32,000 nt of DNA. Source: Prevotella phage Lak-A1. Where the stretch lies: the sequence record MK250016.1, one strand, 5' to 3'. A program made the translations under genes and the position numbers. This document shows, piece by piece, positions 18,113-26,883 of this stretch. Each line of letters begins with the position of its first letter. Position 1 is the stretch's first letter. The notes below the pieces were generated by a model that saw nothing but the letters and a program-made list of their open reading frames with translations, was not told the origin of the DNA and made no database searches.

Positions 18113-19066
18113 TTACATATCATATTCATGTTTTTTATCTAATTCAGAATCGATTACTTTATAAAAGTCATATATATATTGATTAAAATAATCATTAAAG
18201 AAATTATATATTTTCTTTGCAATTATCTTATCATTTCTTGTTAATTTATAATCGAACCTTTTTATCTTTTCAATATAATCTTTATCAATTCCAAAATCTC
18301 TTACATTCAATTTTGTTAAGAAATAACCTAAATAAAATACAGGTCTTATCTCGTTAGGATCTTCATCCATAAAATGAAATAAAAAGAAATAAAATAAATT
18401 ATAATAATTAGAATCAATAAAATTATTAATTAATGTACATACACGTTTAAATCCATGATTACCGTAACATATTAAATCAATCTGCTGTTGTGTTAAAGCA
18501 TTTACTTTATTTTGTATACATTCAATTCTATTCAATTTTTCTGATGGAGATAATAATGATAACATTCTTGTAGCAAATAAAAAATCTACAGATGATATAT
18601 CAATATCATTTTTCAAATAATGTACAAGTGTTATATTATCTTTTATATATACTCTATGTGTTAAACAGAATTCTAAATAAAATAATTGAGTTCTTAGATA
18701 ATGTTTATATTTGTTAATATCTGTAGATACATAATGTACATTTATAAAAATATACATACCATCATCATTTAATTTAATATCTACATATTGATAATCATTT
18801 TCATCATAATAATGAACATATATAGGAACAGTATCACCATTTTGTGTCATACAACCATATATGGCATACATACTTTCTGAATTCAATTCATATTTAATTG
18901 ATAACTCAAATTCATGTTCAAAATTTTCTTCTATTGCAATATCAATAGCTTCATCTGCAATTTTTGTATGAATTAAAGAGCATTTTGAATAAAATTCTTT
19001 TAATGAATTATATCTATATGTAGGAATTATTTCTCGTATTTTATTTACAATACATTTATTAAACAT
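18113..19066 (-). CDS. hypothetical protein, 317 aa
   Basis: Intact ORF, TAA stop. Confidence 0.75.
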   Translation of the reverse strand: MFNKCIVNKIREIIPTYRYNSLKEFYSKCSLIHTKIADEAIDIAIEENFEHEFELSIKYELNSESMYAIYGCMTQNGDTVPIYVHYYDENDYQYVDIKLNDDGMYIFINVHYVSTDINKYKHYLRTQLFYLEFCLTHRVYIKDNITLVHYLKNDIDISSVDFLFATRMLSLLSPSEKLNRIECIQNKVNALTQQQIDLICYGNHGFKRVCTLINNFIDSNYYNLFYFFLFHFMDEDPNEIRPVFYLGYFLTKLNVRDFGIDKDYIEKIKRFDYKLTRNDKIIAKKIYNFFNDYFNQYIYDFYKVIDSELDKKHEYDM

Positions 19067-19102
19067 TGTATTAACTAATGTTATTTAATATATTTATTAA
19101 AT

Positions 19103-19321
19103 TTACTTATATCTATATGAAATACGTCCCTTTGTTAAATCATATGGAGACATCTCTACCTTTACCTTATCTCCTGTAATAAGTTTAATATAATTCATTC
19201 TAAGTTTACCAGCAAGTACACAACTAATTTCAAATCCGTTTTCTAACTCTACTTTGAACCTTGTACTTGGAAGACATTCTGTAATAATGCCATTCATTTC
19301 TAACGCTTTTTCTTTTGCCAT
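19103..19321 (-). CDS. infA: translation initiation factor IF-1, 72 aa
   Basis: [72 protein letters not shown]: end-to-end IF-1 consensus. Confidence 0.95.
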   Translation of the reverse strand: MAKEKALEMNGIITECLPSTRFKVELENGFEISCVLAGKLRMNYIKLITGDKVKVEMSPYDLTKGRISYRYK

Positions 19322-19342
19322 GTTAAATTATCAATTTTATTA

Positions 19343-19534
19343 TTAATATGAGAAATAAACATTATGAGTTTTATACTCATCATTCTCATCAAATACAGAT
19401 ATATTTATCTTATTTCCTTTAATACGTTTAATAAACAACTTTATAATATCTTTAAACGTTAATTCTATACCTTCAATATAAGGACCTTTTTCTGAAATCC
19501 TTTTTTCTACAATAAGTTTGTTTTGTAAATCCAT
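19343..19534 (-). CDS. small hypothetical protein, 63 aa
   Basis: Intact ORF, TAA stop. Confidence 0.6.
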   Translation of the reverse strand: MDLQNKLIVEKRISEKGPYIEGIELTFKDIIKLFIKRIKGNKINISVFDENDEYKTHNVYFSY

Positions 19535-19551
19535 AATAATTATAAATAGTT

Positions 19552-19770
19552 TTATGAAGAAATTTTACGTAATTTATTAATTTGACAATTAGTATTTTTT
19601 TGAATATCTGTTAGCCGTTCTTGTCCATATATATTTAAACCATGTTTATGAATATTAAAACATATATATAAATTTAAAATATTATTATTAAGCGTTTCTA
19701 TATTTTGTTCTAATATATCTAATCTTTCTTGAACATGTTTTACCTTCGTTTTTTTCTTAAATTTAATCAT
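19552..19770 (-). CDS. small MIKF-family protein, 72 aa
   Basis: MIKFKKKTKVKHVQERLDILEQNIETLNNN...FNIHKHGLN. Confidence 0.65.
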   Translation of the reverse strand: MIKFKKKTKVKHVQERLDILEQNIETLNNNILNLYICFNIHKHGLNIYGQERLTDIQKNTNCQINKLRKISS

Positions 19771-19772
19771 AA

Positions 19773-19970
19773 TTAGAGCATTGGACTTCCTGTCACATAT
19801 TTTGTATAAATTCTATGTTTATGCTTATTAAATTTATTACGTAAATATTCATAATTTTTAATTATATCTTCTTGTGTATCAGTTAAGTTCTTTAATGAAT
19901 CTAATATATTATCCATAGAATTTTCTATAACAGATATACGATCTTTTTTCTTTTCTTTAAATTTAATCAT
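19773..19970 (-). CDS. small MIKF-family protein, 65 aa
   Basis: MIKFKEKKKDRISVIENSMDNILDSLKNL...FNKHKHR. Confidence 0.65.
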   Translation of the reverse strand: MIKFKEKKKDRISVIENSMDNILDSLKNLTDTQEDIIKNYEYLRNKFNKHKHRIYTKYVTGSPML

Positions 19971-20184
19971 ATGATATTAATTTATGAAAACTAATGTGTT
20001 GTTGCATTGCTTTTTCTGATATATGACTTTTTGTATAATGATTATGATTCAAACAAAATTGTCTTAATGAATCCGTATTATGATCTAATGCTTTAATGTT
20101 AGAATCATATGAATTAATTAAACTAATGAATTTGTTATATTCATCTATTGTTAATTCTTTTTTCTTTTCCTTAAATCTAATCAT
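19963..20184 (-). CDS. small MI[KR]F-family protein, 73 aa (internal start preferred over the 90-aa track ORF)
   Basis: MIRFKEKKKELTIDEYNKFISLINSYDSNIKAL...CLNHNHYTK; the internal Met aligns with the other family starts. Confidence 0.6.
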   Translation of the reverse strand: MIRFKEKKKELTIDEYNKFISLINSYDSNIKALDHNTDSLRQFCLNHNHYTKSHISEKAMQQHISFHKLISYD

Positions 20185-20185
20185 A

Positions 20186-20419
20186 TTACATTTTATATTC
20201 AACCTTTTCATCTGTTCTATGTGAACATGTTTCAATCATACCACACTCAACAATATGTGAATGCCTGTTATATGCTGTTTTAAACCTTGTAAGATCTAAA
20301 TATATCTTTTTAATTTTATCTTTTATTTGTTTTTGATCATTCATGATATTATCTAAAAACTCATAAATATCAGATAATTCATCTCTAATAGGTTTATCTT
20401 TCTTTTTAAATTTAATCAT
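20186..20419 (-). CDS. small MIKF-family protein, 77 aa
   Basis: MIKFKKKDKPIRDELSDIYEFLDNIMNDQ...YNRHSHIVE. Confidence 0.65.
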   Translation of the reverse strand: MIKFKKKDKPIRDELSDIYEFLDNIMNDQKQIKDKIKKIYLDLTRFKTAYNRHSHIVECGMIETCSHRTDEKVEYKM

Positions 20420-20450
20420 TATTAAAATTAAATTATAATTATAATTAAAA

Positions 20451-20951
20451 TTATCGAGTAATAGAAATATTCAAATCATCAAATACATTCTGATCTGCAA
20501 GAAGAATCCATCTATATTTTCCGTCAGCTAAACCACATTTTCCAACAATACAATTATCAGATGCATAGATATAGTAATATTGCTCTCCTATACCTCTTGT
20601 TCCATATGATTTAATCCATTTTGACTCATCTATAAATTTATCAATATCAAAGATTTTTGTAACATTCTTATTATAATTACCAAATATACAATACCAATTA
20701 TAATCGTCATATTTCTCATCTATGACTTTTAATTTCATTTCCTTAATAACATCTAGTATTTTACTAAAAAGTGTCTTAGAAATGAAATCTGATGCCTTAT
20801 ATCGAGGATATTTATTAACAAGACTATTATCATTCATTGACGTAACAAATACTTTCCAGTTAACTGGATTAAAACAACTCTTTGCTTGCTCCTCTCTTTT
20901 ATTTGTTGTCTCAAATAATATATTCATCGTATCTCTTATCTCTTTATTCAT
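20451..20951 (-). CDS. hypothetical protein, 166 aa
   Basis: Intact ORF, TAA stop; N-terminus MNKEIRDTMNILFE|TTNK. Confidence 0.7.
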   Translation of the reverse strand: MNKEIRDTMNILFETTNKREEQAKSCFNPVNWKVFVTSMNDNSLVNKYPRYKASDFISKTLFSKILDVIKEMKLKVIDEKYDDYNWYCIFGNYNKNVTKIFDIDKFIDESKWIKSYGTRGIGEQYYYIYASDNCIVGKCGLADGKYRWILLADQNVFDDLNISITR

Positions 20952-21004
20952 CTATATAATTATAGTAATATTTAAATTAATTATTATAATAATTAAAAAT
21001 AAAA

Positions 21005-21034
21005 AAGTCTATAACCATATAAAGTTATAGACTT
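21005..21034 (-). terminator. hairpin 3' of the homing-endonuclease-like gene
   Basis: AAGTCTATAAC / GTTATAGACTT, 11-bp stem followed by a U-rich run on the minus strand. Confidence 0.65.
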
Positions 21035-21041
21035 AAATTTA

Positions 21042-22055
21042 TTATGCTTGTTTTTTATTTAATGCATAAAAATAATTCTTTAATTCAGAAAATGAAAAGA
21101 ATTCTAAATAATTTAAACCATGTTTTTCTGCTATTTCTCTTTTCATAATATCTCTAGTTGTCCAAACATTAATAGCTGAAATATAATAATCTTTTTCTTT
21201 CGATCTCTTTTTCCATAAATTTAATTTCTTAATGTCGTCGGGATTATTTTTATCAAAACCATGTTTACCATGTGTCCAATGAAAATTACATTCAATATAT
21301 AAATCATTATCTGCAATATAAAAATCACAAGCAAAAGGATATTCTTCTGATTTATATTGTCTTTTAATATCAGTATATATTGTTTTTAAAAGTTCATATA
21401 CTTTATCTTCTTCCTTTGAACATGTATGTGTTTTATGTTTCGTTTTAGATTCATGTATTTTGTCTATTGTTGATTGTAATTGTGTAGTATATTCAACACC
21501 ATATTTTTTTAAACATGTTTCTTTTCTTTTTTCTTTTATAACTTCACATTTACCAACATTATCAACACCATACTTTTCTAGTACAGTTTCTTTACGTTTT
21601 TCCTTTACATAGTCACTAGCTAATGCCATTTCAGTACCATAACGTTCTAAATTCGTGGCTTTAATTTTATCCCATACTTTCTATGATTTTGCAGGATTAT
21701 CTACACCATAACGTTCAATATTTGTTTTCTTTATCTTTTCTTTAACACTTTCTAATTGAAATGGATTTGCAACTCCATATTTTTTAATCATAGATTGCTT
21801 TTTCAGACCATATATACATTTAGAATTACCACAACTTTTGTGATATTTATAACCGTCACGTTTACATGGTTTTCCACAAATATGACATCTTGGTACATCA
21901 TTAGTATCATTTAATATACATAACAGTTTATCGATAATATCCATATCAGATTTATCGATAAACTGTGTATTTAAATATTCAATAATATTAACAGGTATCT
22001 TATTTTTATTTAATGAATGCTCCTTATAATACTATTTTATATATTCATTATTCAT
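21042..22055 (-). CDS. homing-endonuclease-like protein with repeated YGV-N motifs and C-terminal nuclease-like domain, 337 aa, two sense TAGs
   Basis: Joins track ORFs 21042..21629 and 21681..21944; TAGs at 21681-21683 and 22032-22034. Repeats 'KKYGVANPFQLESVKEKIKKTNIERYGVDNPAKSQKVWDKIKATNLERYGTE...VLEKYGVDNV...CLKKYGVEY', zinc-binding 'CHICGKPC...CGNSKC', then 'YPFACDFYIADNDLYIECNFHWTHG'. Confidence 0.7.
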
Positions 22056-22063
22056 AATGTTAT

Positions 22064-23611
22064 TTATGCACTTTGTTTTCTATGTTCAAGAATATGCTTT
22101 AATTCTTCATATTCTGTATTAGCTATTTTCTTATCCATTTTTGCTGCTTTTCGCAATGCAAAATAATGTGTAAGAATAGCAGGAACCACAGCATTTGGAT
22201 CTTTTTTATAAACAGCACCCGAACATGTTTTAATTTCATCAGATTTTGGTATATAATTCTCATCTTTAAATAAAAATGATTCTGGAGAAATCTGGAACTG
22301 CCTCATGATACTCGGATATAGGGAAGCGAAATCCAGTCCACCTATGTATTTGAAGATACCGGGTCTAGTAGGCCATACAAAAGCGCCCTGATAATCTCCA
22401 TCTGAATTGTCTGTTTTTTTATAAGATTTCTCTGGTATTACTTTATAATTTGGATACACAAAGTTACACATTACGACATGTGTAGGTTGAATTGTTGAGA
22501 ATGCAACATTTAATTCAAGTCTGAGTTCACATGCGAGCATATACCAGATTTCAGCAGTTTTTAGGAATTTATCGATATGTTCTACCAATATTGTATCGAT
22601 GCAATTATAAAATACATATTCTTTGAAATGTTCTTCATAGAATTCTTTGAATCCCCAAGGGTGATTAACTTTTTTGATGCCTAATGCTTTTTCTGCAACG
22701 AAGTCAAGTGTATTATTTTCTTTAGGTTGAATTGTCATATCCCATGTTTTATATACGAGTAAGTAGTCATATATAATTTTGTGCATTGGGACTTTAACAT
22801 TAATTGTTTTACCTCCAGCGCGTGGTGTAATTTTAAAGTTTGTAAATGTTCTGGTAGGAGATATTCTTTCAATATCAATATTATTGATTTTGCATCTATT
22901 ATAGATATATAACCAGTCGAATCCAAGGAAATTCCAACCAGACATTGCAGTAATTGGTGTGATGAAGTCTATGAAGTCTTCAAGCATTTCTCTTTCAGTA
23001 GGGAAATATCTGAATTCGAATTTATATCCTTTAGTTATATGGGTACCATTATTTTTTTCTGAATATTGTTCTATTTGTTCTTGAACCCAAATTTTTTCTT
23101 CTTCTGTTAGATTTTTCCTGGACCAAATAATTGTTTGTGGAAATTTGGTCATTGATATTGTATTGATTCTTGTAGATGCTTCTTCTGGATCAGGAAAACC
23201 ATCTTCAGAAACTTCTGTTTCAATATCGCACCACCATGTTGGCGGAATATTCATTTCAAATAATGGGTCAACTGCTTTTCCGAATGAATTTAGAATTTCA
23301 TTTATACGAAGTTCTGGAAGTTTATCTACAGGATTTCTTCTAACCCATTTATTATCATATGATTTCCATTGATGCATAACAGGAGTTCCATCGGGATTGA
23401 ACTTATATTGTTTTGTTGCAAAATCATATTCTTGAAATGGTTTATCTGCATTTGCTTTATTTGTATATTTCCATTCGAACATTGATTCTTTAGGAACAGG
23501 ATATTGTAAAAATTTAACATCTCCTTTTTTATCTACATATGAAACAAGTAATTTCTTTGTAGGTGTCCCATCTGGTAATATAAAATCTATCTATTCTTTA
23601 TTAATAATCAT
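22064..23611 (-). CDS. family B (T4-like) DNA polymerase, N-terminal/exonuclease half through motif A, 515 aa, one sense TAG (23591-23593)
   Basis: 'WWCDIETE' (ExoI), 'GWNFLGFDW' (ExoII), 'YNCIDTILV' (ExoIII), 'LDFASLYPSIMRQFQISPE' (motif A). Stops at '...EELKHILEHRKQSA' before motif B. Confidence 0.85.
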
Positions 23612-23666
23612 ACTTATATTAATGATATATTTTGCTAATAATTATAGTAAGTTAATCAGTATAAGT

Positions 23667-24275
23667 TTAGATTACTTTACTGATTAACTTAAGTTTTAAT
23701 GCTTCATCTGCTGTTATTACCCAGTCTTTTTTCTTATCATAAATATCATCAAGATCTGCTTTTGTAATTGCTGTTTCTTTCATGAATAAATCAAATATCA
23801 TATCATTTAATCGTTTTGCTTCTTTAACAGAATCTTCAAGTTCTGCGACTTTACCAACAGCAAGAGATGAAACCGTATGAATCATAAATGTTGTATTTTT
23901 ATATGCAAATCGTTGTTCATATGGAACTGAGAGAAGAATAAATGTCCCAGCAGATAAGCATGCACCAACTGCATATATATTAACTTTACAATGGTTATTA
24001 AGATTTCTTAACATATCATGTATAGCCCAACCATCATAACATGCCCCGCCAAAAGTATTAAGATATACATTTACATCAGGTGGAGTAATTTTTTCCTTTA
24101 GCTTTTGATGAAATGTATCTTCTAATATTTTGGTATTTTCTTTTATTATTTTATTATCTTTTATTATTAAGTTATTACAAAATTTAACAGTATCACATGA
24201 TGTAACATTATCTATATCATCATTAATATATAATACTCTATCTGATAAATTGAATGTTTGTAATTCGTTTGTCAT
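23667..24275 (-). CDS. clpP: ClpP-like serine protease, 202 aa
   Basis: 'VYLNTFGGACYDGWAIHDML', 'YAVGACLSAGTFILL' (Ser), 'TTFMIHTVSS' (His), 'WVITADEALKLKLISKV'. Confidence 0.85.
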   Translation of the reverse strand: MTNELQTFNLSDRVLYINDDIDNVTSCDTVKFCNNLIIKDNKIIKENTKILEDTFHQKLKEKITPPDVNVYLNTFGGACYDGWAIHDMLRNLNNHCKVNIYAVGACLSAGTFILLSVPYEQRFAYKNTTFMIHTVSSLAVGKVAELEDSVKEAKRLNDMIFDLFMKETAITKADLDDIYDKKKDWVITADEALKLKLISKVI

Positions 24276-24341
24276 CTACTTTATTATTATAATTTAACTT
24301 TATATGTTATATAACAGAAATTAACTTTTGTTTGAAATAAA

Positions 24342-24373
24342 AAAGGATATTACATTGCCGTGTAATATCCTTT
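24342..24373 (-). terminator. hairpin terminator 3' of the lipoprotein gene
   Basis: AAAGGATATTACA-TTGCCG-TGTAATATCCTTT. Confidence 0.75.
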
Positions 24374-24387
24374 AATATATTAATTTT

Positions 24388-24993
24388 TTATCTTCTACCA
24401 CCAAAATGTCCTGTTCCTCTATTATTTGATGGGAAATGCCCTTGTGTTACTCTCGTTGAACTTCTTCTGGAACCAAAACCATTAGGTCTCCTATTAGATG
24501 GTTGACTATTTAAATTTGGTCTTCGAACCATTGGTGGACGTTGCTGATTTCCAAATGATTGTCTATGATTTGGTTTACCATAATTAAATGGTGGTCGACT
24601 ATCATGTGGTTTTCCATAATTTGGATTTCTATATGGTCTCATTGGTGGACGTTTAAATTCATAATCACGTGGACCATGTCTCATATAATGTCTATAACCA
24701 GGATTATAATGATATACATATCCATGAGGTTTGCAATAATGAGATGGATAGAAATACCAATAATTATTATATCTATATGGATAATAATATATACCTCTAT
24801 ATAAATAGTAACTTAAAACATTATCAATATAATATGGTGTTCCATATCTAACAACAGTTGAAAATGTAACAGATGATGTTGTATATGTATCATCATATTC
24901 ATATGGTGATTGTGCAGATGCATATGTAGTTGAACAAGATGCAAATGTAATTATAGTAATTAGCAGAATCAAAAAATATTTAATCTTATTCAT
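24388..24993 (-). CDS. secreted lipoprotein, 201 aa, Tyr/Arg/Pro/Gly-rich
   Basis: Signal peptide and lipobox 'MNKIKYFLILLITIITFASC|S', then low-complexity Y-, R-, P- and G-rich body. Confidence 0.7.
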   Translation of the reverse strand: MNKIKYFLILLITIITFASCSTTYASAQSPYEYDDTYTTSSVTFSTVVRYGTPYYIDNVLSYYLYRGIYYYPYRYNNYWYFYPSHYCKPHGYVYHYNPGYRHYMRHGPRDYEFKRPPMRPYRNPNYGKPHDSRPPFNYGKPNHRQSFGNQQRPPMVRRPNLNSQPSNRRPNGFGSRRSSTRVTQGHFPSNNRGTGHFGGRR

Positions 24994-25090
24994 ATCTTTA
25001 AAATTTTTAATATTTATATATTAGTATATGTAAAAATGCTATGGGTAAATTCATATTTGTTAATATGAAATACCATATATTTTTATATTA

Positions 25091-25098
25091 CAAAGATA
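25091..25098 (-). promoter_or_regulatory. TATCTTTG promoter-like element upstream of the lipoprotein gene
   Basis: Minus strand AAATATTTTATGTATCTTTGTAATAT. Confidence 0.4.
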
Positions 25099-25122
25099 CA
25101 TAAAATATTTTAATTATGAAAA

Positions 25123-25866
25123 TTAAATATCAAAATGTTGATCATCATTTGTTTTACCAAATGGTAAATTATATGTTCCTTGTAATTTACAATTTTGACC
25201 AGTAAAATAAAATAGTTTTATAGTATATCCATAATTCCACTCTTCTCCATCATAATATTTTATTGCTTTATTTTCTCCTGCAATATATAAATTACTCATA
25301 TATATATGGTCAGGATATGGATCAGATGAATTAGTATAATAACATTCCATTGTACATAAAGGATATATAGAAGATTTAATTTTAATTGCACTCCAAGAAG
25401 ATGGCGAGTCTGTTAATGTACCATTAGAGACAATAGATGGATATACACCATTACTACCTATGTTTCTTATAAATACCTTATATGTGTAAGTTACTGATGT
25501 GCTTTTCTTTTGTTGTAATATAGTAAATAGCGGTGTACCATTATAACTAAATATAATAGTTCTAGTTTTATCACTTTTGGGTACATTTATATTTATATTC
25601 ATACCTGTATCATTATCTGGCTGATCCCAATAATGATATACAGAAGCATCACAATTAGGCTAATTACATGTTAACTATATAGGCTTATCATTTATTCCTT
25701 TTAAATTATTTTTAAAATTTGTTCCATCTGTTAAACCAAAATATATAAGTTTGTTATCAGAATTAATATCATTTGAAAGCATTCCTGTACTAAGAAGCCC
25801 TGAAGATATACCTGAATCTGTGCAATAAAACTTAGTTGAACCTGTATATTTCTAAAATTCTTTCAT
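25123..25866 (-). CDS. BACON-like/Ig-like domain protein, 247 aa, three sense TAGs
   Basis: Extends the 159-aa track ORF in frame to ATG 25864-25866 through TAGs at 25675-25677, 25660-25662 and 25852-25854. 'VPKSDKTRTIIFSYNGTPLFTILQQK' resembles BACON strands ending in Q. Confidence 0.65.
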
Positions 25867-25964
25867 AAAATTATAATTTATTTTTATATCTACGTCTAAT
25901 TATGAAATACAATAAGTTACTTTACATATCTAATAAATAATGAAAATTAATTATATTCTAATAC

Positions 25965-26831
25965 ATGAATTCTAAATAGATTGGAAAGTTAATATATAAT
26001 TTAGATCTAGGAAAATTTAATAATAAAACAAAATTATTTGAATCAAATAATAAAGATAATTGGTGGAGAAATGAAGAAACGTTTAATACAATAAAATATC
26101 ATCCATTAAATTCTAATACAAATAATTTATTATATAAAGAATATGAACAGGAATATTTATATGAAGGATTAATATGTTCAGCAGATCCAAATAAAACAAA
26201 AGATATATTAAATAGGAATGCAATGGGTTTTATACATGATATAAGAATTGTTTATAATCCATTATAGATAGATATGAAAACGCCTGTAATAGATTTTTTT
26301 ATATATAAAGAAGACTATTATGATTTAGAATATGGAAAATTAGCTTATAATGAATTATTAACATTAATTAATAATTTAGGTTATTTCGTATCAGGTAAGA
26401 AAGAATTATCAACTATTATTAATATTGTTATAATGCCGAAATTTTTATATGAAGTTACAGATGAAATATATAAAGAAGATGGTATATTATATCATATAAC
26501 ACCGTTATAGAATAAAAAGAAAATTTTATAGAAAGGATTAATTCCAAAATATAAAAATTATAGATTAGATAATTATCCTGATAGAATATATTTTTATAGA
26601 AGTAATCAAAAAAATAAATTAGATTTATTATGTAAAAATTTATCATGTGATACATGTATAAAAGAATGGTTAATTCTTAAAATTAATCTTAAGGATAGGA
26701 GAAGTTATAAAGAAAATGATAAATCTACAATGTATCGTTTTTTTGAAGATCCAAAATCATAGTATGGCGTATTTACATACGAAAATATAGATCCACAATG
26801 TATAGAATTTTATAAAGAAGTTAAATTATAA
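25965..26831 (+). CDS. putative ADP-ribosyltransferase-like protein, 288 aa, five sense TAGs
   Basis: Open ATG 25965 to TAA 26829-26831 if TAG (25977, 26265, 26508, 26529, 26760) is sense. 'ILYHITPLQNKKKILQKGLIPKYKNYRLDNYPDRIYFYRS' resembles the H-x-T ... N..I...GL.P signature seen in ART-superfamily proteins. Confidence 0.6.
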
Positions 26832-26837
26832 AAATAA

Positions 26838-26876
26838 ATGGTTAGATTCTTTATTTCGTTTAAGAATCTAACCATT
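26838..26876. terminator. hairpin between convergent genes
   Basis: AATGGTTAGATTCTT ... AAGAATCTAACCATT TTC. Confidence 0.75.
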
Positions 26877-26883
26877 TTCTTAT

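Noticed and set aside
21005-22064. Group I intron in the DNA polymerase gene
   Set aside because: No P/Q/R/S elements recognised, the endonuclease gene ends in its own terminator, and no 3' exon with motif B/C follows in the window.
24559-24851. Plus-strand and alternate-frame ORFs inside the lipoprotein gene
   Set aside because: Low-complexity Ile/Tyr/Trp-rich translations of an antisense strand; no independent support.
25940-25975. Alternate start ATG at 25940 (MKINYILIHEF) for the ART-like gene via frameshift
   Set aside because: It is in a different frame and ends at TAA after 11 codons; no slippery sequence evident, although its resemblance to a targeting peptide was noted.
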